Origin: a virus
Taxonomy: Duplodnaviria; Caudoviricetes
IMG/VR virus record: IMGVR_UViG_3300046786_000304
Coordinates: 32,001-96,000 of that record
Strand: one strand, 5' to 3'
Length of the DNA: 64,000 nucleotides
Below, piece after piece: positions 48,026 to 58,000 of this stretch. Every line of letters begins with the position of its first letter. The stretch's first letter is position 1. The notes beneath the pieces were generated by a model that was not told where the DNA came from, ran no database searches, and was given only the letters and a program-made list of their open reading frames with translations. A program made the position numbers and the translations under genes.

Positions 48026-48914
48026 ATATCATTGTTTTAATTTTATCATAATGTCTCAGAATGGCCATTTTATTCATGACGTGGACATTTTCATTTTTAA
48101 CTCTACTAGCAATACTTTTCCACAATTCTTTTGGATCAGGACAAACTAAGACCATGTCATTGATTTCTTTGAACTCAGCAATGTCGTCGATTTGTTCGCT
48201 GAATCGCATAACTTTACCAGGTAGTTCATGTATTAAATTTCCCTGTCTATGACCATTTAAAATGTGTACAGCTATACTTACAGCATAGTCCGTTCTAAAC
48301 AATACTCCAGGAAACTTATACAACCATTTATAGTAGTTATAGTTTTCCTTGACATGTTCCCATACTCCAAAGAATAACTTAGCAAGTTCGCTGTCGCTTC
48401 TCCAGTATACAGCAGTCGACCACCACATGTCAATACCATCTGGATGAAGTTTTTGTTCCCATATACGTGGTTTATAATTTCGAACACTTAATGCCTGTTT
48501 GTACATAGCAACTTCACTGTCTGTATCAAAAATAGCATCTAATGTATCATTGCCAATCAAATAGTCAACGTCGATCATCAATGTTTTGTTGTAAGGGCTT
48601 TTGTTGAAAATACTGTGCTTGTTTTTATTATTAAATTGCGTAGTAAATTCATTCCATGGACTATCTCGATGTGTTCGAGTATTTCGTTCGTGTGTCACAT
48701 TATCAATGATAATATGATCAAAAGTTTCTGCTGCCAGTGCAGGAGTTAGTTCTGCTGTTAACGCATCGAACGTTGGCTGATCTGTTAATAACGTTACATG
48801 ATTGTTAGTCATGTGTAACTTAACACATCTGGCCGCTACCAATGCTAATTTTTCGTAATCGATTTTGCCATTGTTATAAGCAATCAGCAATATACCAGAA
48901 TCAAACTTACTCAT
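48018..48914 (-). CDS. Nucleotide-diphospho-sugar transferase (GT-A, GT8-like)
   Basis: GILLIAYNN, SPYNKTLMIDVDY (DxD), WSTAVYW and FRTDYAVSIA motifs. Confidence 0.65.
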   Translation of the reverse strand: MSKFDSGILLIAYNNGKIDYEKLALVAARCVKLHMTNNHVTLLTDQPTFDALTAELTPALAAETFDHIIIDNVTHERNTRTHRDSPWNEFTTQFNNKNKHSIFNKSPYNKTLMIDVDYLIGNDTLDAIFDTDSEVAMYKQALSVRNYKPRIWEQKLHPDGIDMWWSTAVYWRSDSELAKLFFGVWEHVKENYNYYKWLYKFPGVLFRTDYAVSIAVHILNGHRQGNLIHELPGKVMRFSEQIDDIAEFKEINDMVLVCPDPKELWKSIASRVKNENVHVMNKMAILRHYDKIKTMIYD

Positions 48915-49260
48915 TTAGACCAACCAACCCTTTAGTGTCACGTTGTTTTTTGAGTTTTTCGTTTTCCACATAATATTCATTTAATGCTTCTGTATAAGCA
49001 CTGAAAAGCTTTTCGTGGAATTCTTTAATGTTAGTAACTAGTACCGGGTTTTCGTTGTCGTCTAAAAATATATAACGTTCAACATTCATGTCTATTAATT
49101 GTTTAACAAAATTAATTAATTCTAAGTTTGTTGTAAAAAGAGAACTCATGTAACCAATAGTTAACATGGTATTCATGCGTTGTTTGAGATTTAGCTTTTG
49201 GTTGTTCAGCGTTAACCGATAGTTACTGAACTCCAAAGCAGCCTTGAGTTTATCGTCCAT
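48907..49260 (-). CDS. Hypothetical protein, first gene of the modification operon (possible tail-fibre chaperone)
   Basis: Likely start at MDDKL (49260) with SD GGAG; sits between the tail-fibre-like gene and the GT genes. Confidence 0.6.
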   Translation of the reverse strand: MDDKLKAALEFSNYRLTLNNQKLNLKQRMNTMLTIGYMSSLFTTNLELINFVKQLIDMNVERYIFLDDNENPVLVTNIKEFHEKLFSAYTEALNEYYVENEKLKKQRDTKGLVGLNE

Positions 49261-49289
49261 CCAGAGCTCCATTATGTGCTATTTTAATT

Positions 49290-49297
49290 TATTTATA
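49290..49297 (-). promoter_or_regulatory. T4-type late promoter box TATAAATA
   Basis: + strand TATTTATA at 49290-49297 in the intergenic gap, facing the GT/radical SAM operon. Confidence 0.65.
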
Positions 49298-49311
49298 TCA
49301 CAAAACAGCAA

Positions 49312-50409
49312 TTATGAAGCAGTAGAGTTACTTGAATTTATATATGATGGACCTGTAATGTCGAAAGAAGCATTGCCTATAGTTTTTGGTGTTGCTTTAT
49401 TGCTTTCTACATACAATGTATGTGTACCAGTTACTTGAGAAGTATTACCGCAACTCAAACGAACTGTTAATACTAATTGTACCGGACCGCTTACATAATC
49501 GGCTCCTGTGGATACAATTCTGCCGTAGATTCGAATTTTTTGGCTGCCGCTTCCGCCATTGCCATAACCATATGATCCATAACCATATCCATACGATCCT
49601 GCACCATATCCATAGCCATAACCATAACCATAACCATCATAGCAATTACCATAACCATAACCGTACCCATAGCCATAACCATAACCGTACCCATAACCGT
49701 ATCCATAGCCGCCGCCACTGCCGCTTCGGCAATTAACAGTTAACAATAATTGATCAACTTCGTTTAAATCTTCAAAGCCTTTGCCTTCGCTGATAATGTT
49801 AGCAGTAGTAGACAATGTATTATCTAAACTAAGGCTAACTGTACCTAATCTATTATAAACATGTGCCCAACTAGCCGCTAAATTATTTCCGCCCAATGAG
49901 GACAAATTTAATCTAATAGAACTTCCACTATTGAAGTAGTAACGTGCTTTTTCGTAATTAGTAAAGCTCAATCTAACTGTATAAGTTAATGCACCACCAA
50001 AACCAGTTGTGTGTGCAATATTTCCCAAACTACTAATAGCTGTTTGCCCCATGGCCGCTATATTTTTCTTAGGGTCAATATCGTCTAATACAGTTTGCAA
50101 ATCATGCCAAATGCTGGCTGTAATTTTCTGGCCAGAAATAACTCTATCTAATTCATATTGTCCACCTACATGCTCTGAACCAATGTTAAGTCTATCAACA
50201 ACTTGATTTACTAGCGCGGCGGAAATTTTAGTTCCTACGTTTACACTAGATGCTTCTGCGTTTCCCCAGCCATATGCCTGCAATGCTCTTCTAACTAAGT
50301 TTGCAGTCGGCGAGCTTGTTGGATAATTATCGGCAAATATTTTGTTGGTATGCGAAACCAACACGTTGTAATCATTTGCCGTGATTTTTTTACCGACTGC
50401 TACTGTCAT
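49312..50409 (-). CDS. Putative virion/tail-fibre-like protein with (Tyr-Gly)n tract
   Basis: 365 aa, Gly/Ser/Thr-rich, repeated 'G.KI.A..' segments, ARYYFNSGSSIRL. Coupled to the upstream tail gene. Confidence 0.6.
   Translation of the reverse strand: MTVAVGKKITANDYNVLVSHTNKIFADNYPTSSPTANLVRRALQAYGWGNAEASSVNVGTKISAALVNQVVDRLNIGSEHVGGQYELDRVISGQKITASIWHDLQTVLDDIDPKKNIAAMGQTAISSLGNIAHTTGFGGALTYTVRLSFTNYEKARYYFNSGSSIRLNLSSLGGNNLAASWAHVYNRLGTVSLSLDNTLSTTANIISEGKGFEDLNEVDQLLLTVNCRSGSGGGYGYGYGYGYGYGYGYGYGYGNCYDGYGYGYGYGYGAGSYGYGYGSYGYGNGGSGSQKIRIYGRIVSTGADYVSGPVQLVLTVRLSCGNTSQVTGTHTLYVESNKATPKTIGNASFDITGPSYINSSNSTAS
49561..49716 (-). repeat. Coding hexamer repeat encoding (YG)10-NCYDG-(YG)5-AGS-(YG)3-S-(YG)2
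   Basis: Counted from sequence: 21 Tyr in 48 codons. Mixed codons TAT/TAC and GGT/GGC/GGG/GGA. Confidence 0.95.
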
Positions 50410-51368
50410 TATTTAATTCCTACTGCGGCTTCTACTAGGCCAACCCCATCTGTGTCTTTAGAGCCAATTGCTCGACCAATTATTGCCACCGGATCATAAT
50501 GATCAGCCGCCATGCCAACGCCATTAATTTCACTAGGAACAATACGCTGACCTGCTCGAATAGGACCTTTAATTAAACAAGGTACACGACCTTTAAGTGC
50601 CACAGGATAAGCATGTTCTTGCATTTTCATTTTACTGTTTAACAAGAAGCCTGGCGCAGTACTGATAACGCCAAATACTTCATCATCCCATGCTTTAATT
50701 GTTTTTGTAATTTCTTGTTCGCCACCTAATCGAACTAAGTTGCCAGGAATAAGTGGAGTATCCGCACGATAAATTTCAGCCATATCCGCAAATTCTGCTT
50801 CAACTGTTCTGCCACGTAACTTAAAGTTACCCCATGTTTCTTCGCCAACGTCTGCTACGCCGCTTTGGTTTAAGTTAATACCTTGTCCAATTTCTGGAAA
50901 CGCTGTTGCTAATGCAGCATCAACACCGCCCGGTGTATATGTTCCAGCATCACTGCTCATGATGGCTACAACTACTTTGTTTACAACAAACTGCATAGCT
51001 GGATGTAAGCCTCCAGTAGTATCTGTTATGTTACCAATTTTAATACCAGTTTTCTTACCACCAATTAAATCTCTGCCGCCTAATGGGCTCCAGCCACCTG
51101 CTGTATAAATGTTGATGACTTCATTGACGCTGTCATACCATAATTGTCCAATAATAGGATTTACTAACTTAGTATCTTCTGGTTGATATGTAGTAAGGCT
51201 TCCTGGGCTAGAAAAATTTTCTAACATTTGAACTAGATTTTCAGCCATAATCTCGCCATAGCCAGCGTAATTTTTACCTATAAGTTTTATAGGTGTTGTT
51301 ATATCAACTGTCCTATCTGCTAGAATAGTTAATCTAGTGCCGTCTGTTTTAGTTACATCGTATGCCAT
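50409..51368 (-). CDS. Tail/baseplate-associated protein with C-terminal intramolecular-chaperone-like (Peptidase_G2-like) domain
   Basis: N-terminal MAYDVTKTDG..LIGKNYAGYGEIMAENLVQMLENF. C-terminal ADMAEIY..VFGVISTAPG..PVALKGRVPC pattern. Confidence 0.6.
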   Translation of the reverse strand: MAYDVTKTDGTRLTILADRTVDITTPIKLIGKNYAGYGEIMAENLVQMLENFSSPGSLTTYQPEDTKLVNPIIGQLWYDSVNEVINIYTAGGWSPLGGRDLIGGKKTGIKIGNITDTTGGLHPAMQFVVNKVVVAIMSSDAGTYTPGGVDAALATAFPEIGQGINLNQSGVADVGEETWGNFKLRGRTVEAEFADMAEIYRADTPLIPGNLVRLGGEQEITKTIKAWDDEVFGVISTAPGFLLNSKMKMQEHAYPVALKGRVPCLIKGPIRAGQRIVPSEINGVGMAADHYDPVAIIGRAIGSKDTDGVGLVEAAVGIK

Positions 51369-51391
51369 GTATCGAAATTCCTTTAATATAA

Positions 51392-51399
51392 TATTTATC
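51392..51399 (-). promoter_or_regulatory. Late-promoter-like box GATAAATA
   Basis: One mismatch to TATAAATA in the gap upstream of the 51368 start; SD AAAGGA follows. Confidence 0.4.
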
Positions 51400-51402
51400 T
51401 AA

Positions 51403-51975
51403 TTACATTCTGATGCGTAAAGTATAGATTATTTGAATAACACGATTCGCGGACTTTGTCACTGGGCTAAATGCCACGTGACTTAATAGTAAACCAGTGT
51501 TTAAACCACTTGTGCCTCTACTTTTCAAACCAATTTCATTGAAAAACAATTCTCCAGAGTTAAACGCAGGCTGATTTTCTTCTAACGTACAAGTCACTAC
51601 TAAGTCAGTGTAAGTTAAACCTTCGTTGTGTTCAATTGATATATTGTTTCTTGTTACATCATTGTTATTTGTTTCGTCTAAGTTGTCTATAACTTTGTAA
51701 TACACTGGATTATATAGATCAGCTAATAAGCCTAATTCTAAGTTTTGTTCAACATCTTTAGGTGTTGTATTACCAGTTTCATCGTGGATAACACCGCCGT
51801 TACCCATATGTAACTCATATATGTATTGACTGTTATTTCCCTGTAACATTCTAGCCACAATCAAACTCATTGTTTCAGAATTTATAGCATTGTGAGCATC
51901 TACGAGTAATTCTCCCGTAGTGAGATCTACTATCTTAACAAATCCTTCAATGTTTAATTTTATTTGGCTCAGCAT
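51403..51975 (-). CDS. Putative tail/baseplate structural protein (tail-collar-like)
   Basis: FNEIGL..LLSHVAFSPVTKSANRVIQIIYTLRI pattern; located in the structural module. Confidence 0.5.
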   Translation of the reverse strand: MLSQIKLNIEGFVKIVDLTTGELLVDAHNAINSETMSLIVARMLQGNNSQYIYELHMGNGGVIHDETGNTTPKDVEQNLELGLLADLYNPVYYKVIDNLDETNNNDVTRNNISIEHNEGLTYTDLVVTCTLEENQPAFNSGELFFNEIGLKSRGTSGLNTGLLLSHVAFSPVTKSANRVIQIIYTLRIRM

Positions 51976-52018
51976 GTTTTTTCCTTACATTTATTTACTC
52001 TTATATTTAACTACGCAT

Positions 52019-55000
52019 TTAATATATTTGCACACCGTTATCAATGATAATAAGCTCTTCTCCGATTTCCATTTGTACAGTTTCAGTTACTGTTCTATCA
52101 ACTGTGCCGCCTCGGATTTTATCTCGATATGACTTTACTGTATTATAGAAGTTAGCTAAAACTGTGATTTGATCTCGCTGCAACGAATCATCGACTTCTA
52201 ACGTAGAACTAATTAAATTCACTGGCTCAACTGTGCTAGACTTTGCTAACCAATCTACACCAACTTGTTCGCTCATTACGTATCTAAACATAGTACACAT
52301 AATTTTGCTGTAATACTTAGAGTATTGTCCAATGAATATTTCATATCGCAATGAATCTAATATAGCATTGTAAACGCTGTTTAGGTCATAATCCCATGGC
52401 ACTTTGTCCCACCCAATAGTATCCCAGGAGCTTAGACTCCATGGAGCATATAAGTCGCTGGAGAATTTAATTGCGCCTTTTGTTTTGTATACTGGACTGA
52501 AACTTCCGTCAACATTTTTTTCAAATATAGTGTAATCTCTTATGCCAGTATTGATTTTAATATATGAACCTGTTGTAACGGTGGTTGCATAAATGTCAGC
52601 AACCGATTCTAGTACTAAAGAAATTTCTTTAGTTGAATCATATGTTTCACTTCGATAGTCAGCATAAGTCCAGAATGCTGTAACATCAATGATTTCATCA
52701 CCAACTACATAATACTGATTATTAAGTCGAGTATTACCCCACGCATCAATATTAGAAATATTAACATTGACCATTATGTCGTTTAATTTTTTAATAAACG
52801 TTCTTCTGGCTTCTAAAGCATCGTCGAACCAACTTTGAATGTATGGACGAACTAAATTTCCAAGTCTGCCGTATGGGTGTAAGTTGAATATGTCAGGAAC
52901 ATTTTTTGTTATATTAAAATCTAACGTATTGTGAGTTGGATCAATATCACGTACACTTAAACTGCCAGCTGGCAGTACTTGCCATTTTGTTGTATCCCAT
53001 GCTCCTGATGCTGTGCTCTTGCATACATATATGTTATCATTGAATAATACCACATCAAGTTTATTATATGTCTTGGTAGTAGAATAATATTGTATAGGAA
53101 GTGCTTGCCACGCATCGGATTGGAATGCGCCTCTAGTTGTATATCTACATACATAGAAGTATCCGTTATACTTGACAAGGTCATCTTGTGTATATGTTTT
53201 TGTGCTATCAAATTGTTCGTATACCGCACGTTTTCTATAGAAAATATGTGCGCTTAAACTGTCGCGCAAACGAACATGCAACCATTCTGGAATAGTTTCA
53301 ACTGTATTATCTTCAGATATGAAAATCCATTGCTGATGTTTTTCATTACCTTTTGTCTTTTTCTTAATCTGAACAACTGTGCTGGTATTATTTAGGTAAG
53401 GCTGAACACCTTTAAGCATGATAGCGTTGTTGCTGATAGGTGCCCACCATGGAATGCCTGCGGCACTTGGATTTAATAATACTTTGCTCAACTGTTCTGT
53501 TGTGTATACTCTAGATTGTTTACTTTGTTCGGCAATAACATTTTTGTTTTTAACCCAGAAATAATAAACAGTAAATGTTTCGCCATTGATGTAATCTTCT
53601 TCTTCTACCCAATGGTAGTTATCAGTATTCATTGCTCGGTCAACGTAAACTTCACCGCTGGCCAATTGACCGAATACTGTGCCACCTTTTTCAACTAATT
53701 TATCCCATTGGCTTGGGTGTACTGGGCTCTTAGTCCATTCGTATACATCAGGTAAACTGTTGTTAACTGTTGTTCCCCAATATTTTTCTTTGGTTAATTC
53801 GTCGCCACTTTCGTAGTCACTGAACTTTGTTGTACTAGTGTCCCACCATCTTCTACCAATATATTCTTCATGCCATCCCATGCTAGAATATACAGCCTTG
53901 TATGTATCTGTGGATCTATTATACTTGGCTGGATCTACACGATTTATAACGTCGATGTCATTTTTAAAAACTTCCGGTATGTATAATTTCTTAGGATCAA
54001 ACAGATCTAATTTTATTACAGTTTTGTTATCTGCATAATCATAGATAATCAAATGATCTATATCACTAGGATCAACTGGATTGCTTTCTTCTTTTAAAGG
54101 AACATTCCAGTTTCTGCTATCATAAACCGCATAATTACCATCGTCGAACGTAGCTTCTACGTTGTCAGTATTAAGTCCATCATCTACTATGGCAATAGGC
54201 CATGTAGGATTATAACCACTAGGCGTATCTGTTTTTGTCAGTGTTGTTTGGCTAATGGCGTTTGTAAATGGATTGTATTTTTTCTTCCAAGCATAACCAT
54301 ATGCGTTAGCGTCAGTGCCAGTGGCAAGTCGATAATCTGTGTAATTTTTAAATCTAATAGGTTTAAATGTAAAGATTTTACCAGAATAACTAGTTCCACT
54401 TACTTTTGTATTCACATAAAAGAAATATGTAGTAGTCGTAACACTATTTTTTGTTTCTGTTAGTTGTTCAAGTTTTTCAACTTTCCAAATACCATCTAGA
54501 CTTGAATTAGTTGTTTCGGAATTAACGATAAGAACATAATCGCCAACTTTCAATCCGTAATCAACAGTACCAGTTGAAATTCTTGCTTTACTAAAATCAT
54601 CGGGGCCCGGACAAATTTCTACAACATTTGCATTTCTGTCAACTGTTTGTAATACTTGCCATGTACCTGGTTTAAATTCAGTTAAACCAATATTTGCTAA
54701 ATCAGGGTTAGTTTTGTAATAATTTCTTACATATATATTAGGCAAGTATGGTTCATCAATTTGACTAAATTTATCGTTGTTCGCTGACCATGTCCCTGGA
54801 CTTACTGTAGTTTTTGCGTAATAAAGTTTACCATTGATTCTAACCTGGTCGTATTGCTTGTAACTGGCTGTTTCGTCATAGTGTTTGATACTCCACAACT
54901 CAGCAAAGTTATCATATAAACCAGATAATCCTTCTAGTGTATCTACTACTAAATCAGTGTCTCCTTCAAAAAGCGGACCACCTGTAGCTAAATCATGATA

Positions 55001-58000
55001 CGTTCTGTCAAACGTTTTAAATGTTAAATCTTTGTTAAATGGACGATGTACCCATCTCTTACTGTTATTTTTAAAATATAAAATATTATCATTTGTTGCA
55101 GGTTCTGTTTTGTCAATAAATTTAACAACTTGAGAAGTCTTAGATGGATGACGAATGTCGCTGGATAACATTTCGAATTCATAATATTCTATGTTTTTTG
55201 TATTACCCAGCTCACCAAGTCTAACCATATATTCTTCGTATGGCTTGGCCTGTGATTCGTCTTTGTGTGTTAACGGCGCTAACTTATTAAAAACTTCAAC
55301 TGTGCCTTTATTGTATGTAATTGCATTTTTAAATAAGATTTCATTTTCTTCTTGTAAGAAGAGTTGTCTTAGTTCTTGATTTCTATTCAAGCCAAATTGT
55401 GCTCTACTTGCTTCAAGTACTGTTTGATCTAATACAACACTTTCGACGTCTAATAGATTTCTTCCTCGTTCGGCCATTGAATCATAATTAGGTATAATTC
55501 CGCCGTCAGTAATAACATACCCAGGAGCAAAGTATGCGCCTGTCCAATCCTGGCTCTTTTTACCGCCGATAACAAAACTACGTTTTGTTGTACTTTGTTC
55601 TGGTAAGAAATATACGTCATTGAATACGCTGGTAGAATTTAAATGTATAACTGTTTCAAAAGAACTAAATGTTAATTTAATTCCATATATAGATCTGTTA
55701 GCATCTTTTGTTTTAATTGTTATTCTGTTGTCATTGAATCGGTTTACTAATAAATCTTTACTGAACAACGGTTTGTTAAATCTGTCAACACATTGACCTA
55801 CATTCTCGTTGGTACCTTCTAAATTATCTAGATGCCCAGTGATTGCTTTAATTACTAATTCATCGGCAGCTGGATTTAAGTCAATATAACTGCCTGCAGC
55901 CAACGGTGAATTGCTCCAGAATACAAATTGTTTTGCACTTAATTGCCAGTCGCGAAGATCACCGCCTTCTGGTTCTTCGAATACAAAACCCAGACTTTCT
56001 AAATATTTTCCGTAGCCTATTAACATATCAAATACGTCTTGTCTGTTTTTATATCTTACACCGTAATTTTGATAATATAATTCATTGGAGTAGGTATTTT
56101 TTTGTTTAAATGTACTGTCACCAACTGTCACAGCCGTGACACTACTATTCGAATCTGGTATAAAGTAAGACAAATACCCGTCTTCAGTTGCAAAGCCAGT
56201 TACAATATAATATTCACCGTCCCAAATAATTCTAACACCGCTGTAAAAAATTTCTTTGTCAGGATAGTGGTTAACAGTTCTGACAGCATAACTTTCTTCT
56301 GGTACAAACAAAGTTATTTGTTGAGAATTAATGCTAGTGCTTTGAATTCTAATATTTTCTTTATTAGTAAAGCCGTTTAGTAAAAATTCCTTGTTAACTT
56401 TGATATTGCCGAACTTATCAATAACTTCCGTTACAAAATCTTTGTTGTTTAATATACAAAATTCAGAGAACAAGCTTTCAATTCCACTAGTGTAGACTGT
56501 TTCTCCGTCTACTACTTGTCTATGATAATTGTGCGCTATATTGCCTTGTTGCCAAAAATTAGTTGTGCGGTCAAGTTTATTACCCCATGAGTTTAATATT
56601 GTTTGACCTGGTAGCCAGTTTGTATTAACATATTGAACAGGATTACGAAGATACCACATTTTCGATCTTGCGGCTATACCCCATTGTGTATTATAAAATA
56701 CTTGTTCGTAAGGGCTGCCTTCGCCGGGCAACCATGCTGATTCAGGATTCAAAGTTGTTAGCCATAACCAACTTAACTGATTTGGTGGTAATAAATTCCC
56801 ATCGCTGTCAACAGGGAAATTTTGTAAGGAAATGCCATCTTCGTCTAACATAGACAGTTCATTACATCTTGCAAATTTAGGATTAATTGTTATAGCAGGA
56901 GGCGCATCGATGTTACCTGTACGCAATGCTTTTTCTAATTCCACACGTTTAACAGGATCTGTCCAAGAATAATGTGTGTCCCACCATGTTGGTTTTAGTG
57001 TGTATCCTAGCATCTCCCATGGATGTGTATGGGGACGATCTGTATCAAATAAGAATTGATATATTAGTCTCCATGATCCTGACATACTGTAAATATCTTC
57101 GCCTGTGCCTAATTGGTATATCTGAGTAAATCCATTATTCGCATCATAGTCGCTGTTTGGCATCATGAATAGATTATTTTGATTTAACCATTGCTTGGTT
57201 TCATTCAACATTACTTGGTTAACAGCAGGTAAGCCTTTGTCCAATGGTCTAAAATAGCCAGGTATAGTTTCAACATAAGATCTAAAATTATTAGTCTTAA
57301 TATCACGTGTTATACTACTCCATACTGCTAGTTCATATTCATATAATAATTGTTCTACTAAGTTGTTAGGATAAAAATCAGTAACGCCATCTTCTAAATA
57401 ATATCTAGTACCATCATGACGATACATAAAGAATTTACCAGGAGTTGTAGTGTCTTCAATTATTTCTGGCATGTACACAGGCGCCAGACCTATCTTGGCC
57501 AAACTAGCAGGTATTTGAGATTTGTATCTTCCATACCATTGTTTAATATTGACATTTTTACCTATAAAGTCGCTGGAGAATTGGATTTGCGTATATTCAT
57601 CTGTGCCGTTGACCAACGTATAGTCAACATCTCGTTTTAAGTAACGCTTTGGCATTCCTTGTTCATTTAAGATTAAGTGTAAAACATATTCTTTACCAGC
57701 GCGATGAGAAATATATTCAAAATCTCCAGTCAAGTCAAATAATAAATTGTTGTTTACAACAAAATTTACTTCTCTATAGTTGTCAAGTTTCTCGCCCCAG
57801 CCCATCATATTACTATGTGTCCAGAACGTGTTATCATTTGCTGTTGTTACATAGATCTTAGAAATAGCCATTGTCAACAAATCATGACTAGAGTATGCTG
57901 TTTCATCAACTGAGTTAATTACTGATTCTATTTCTGTTTTAAGTTTGCCAAGAAAACTATCATAGTGCTTGCCCTGACGAATCAATAAATCTCCTAAGTC

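Noticed and set aside
2334-49260. Classical bacterial RiPP or O-antigen/capsule locus
   Set aside because: No transporter, peptidase, flippase, polymerase or clear leader-core precursor is present, and the locus is continuous with phage baseplate genes and late-promoter boxes.
4199-49272. 5' extensions in the ORF track (e.g. starts at 4213, 5819, 9045, 33007, 33956, 35425, 38536, 42283, 46257, 49272)
   Set aside because: Downstream ATGs give stop/start coupling, SD motifs or alignment with paralogs, so the shorter starts were used.
49561-49716. Possible CRISPR array, DGR variable region or slippage microsatellite
   Set aside because: There is no repeat-spacer structure, no reverse transcriptase or template repeat in the window, and the codon heterogeneity argues against simple slippage.
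49386-49736. His/Asn-rich (+) ORF and Met/Val-rich (-) ORF (49491-49718) that look like metal-binding peptides
   Set aside because: Both are alternative-frame shadows of the (YG)n hexamer repeat. The synonymous variation preserves Tyr-Gly, not these frames.
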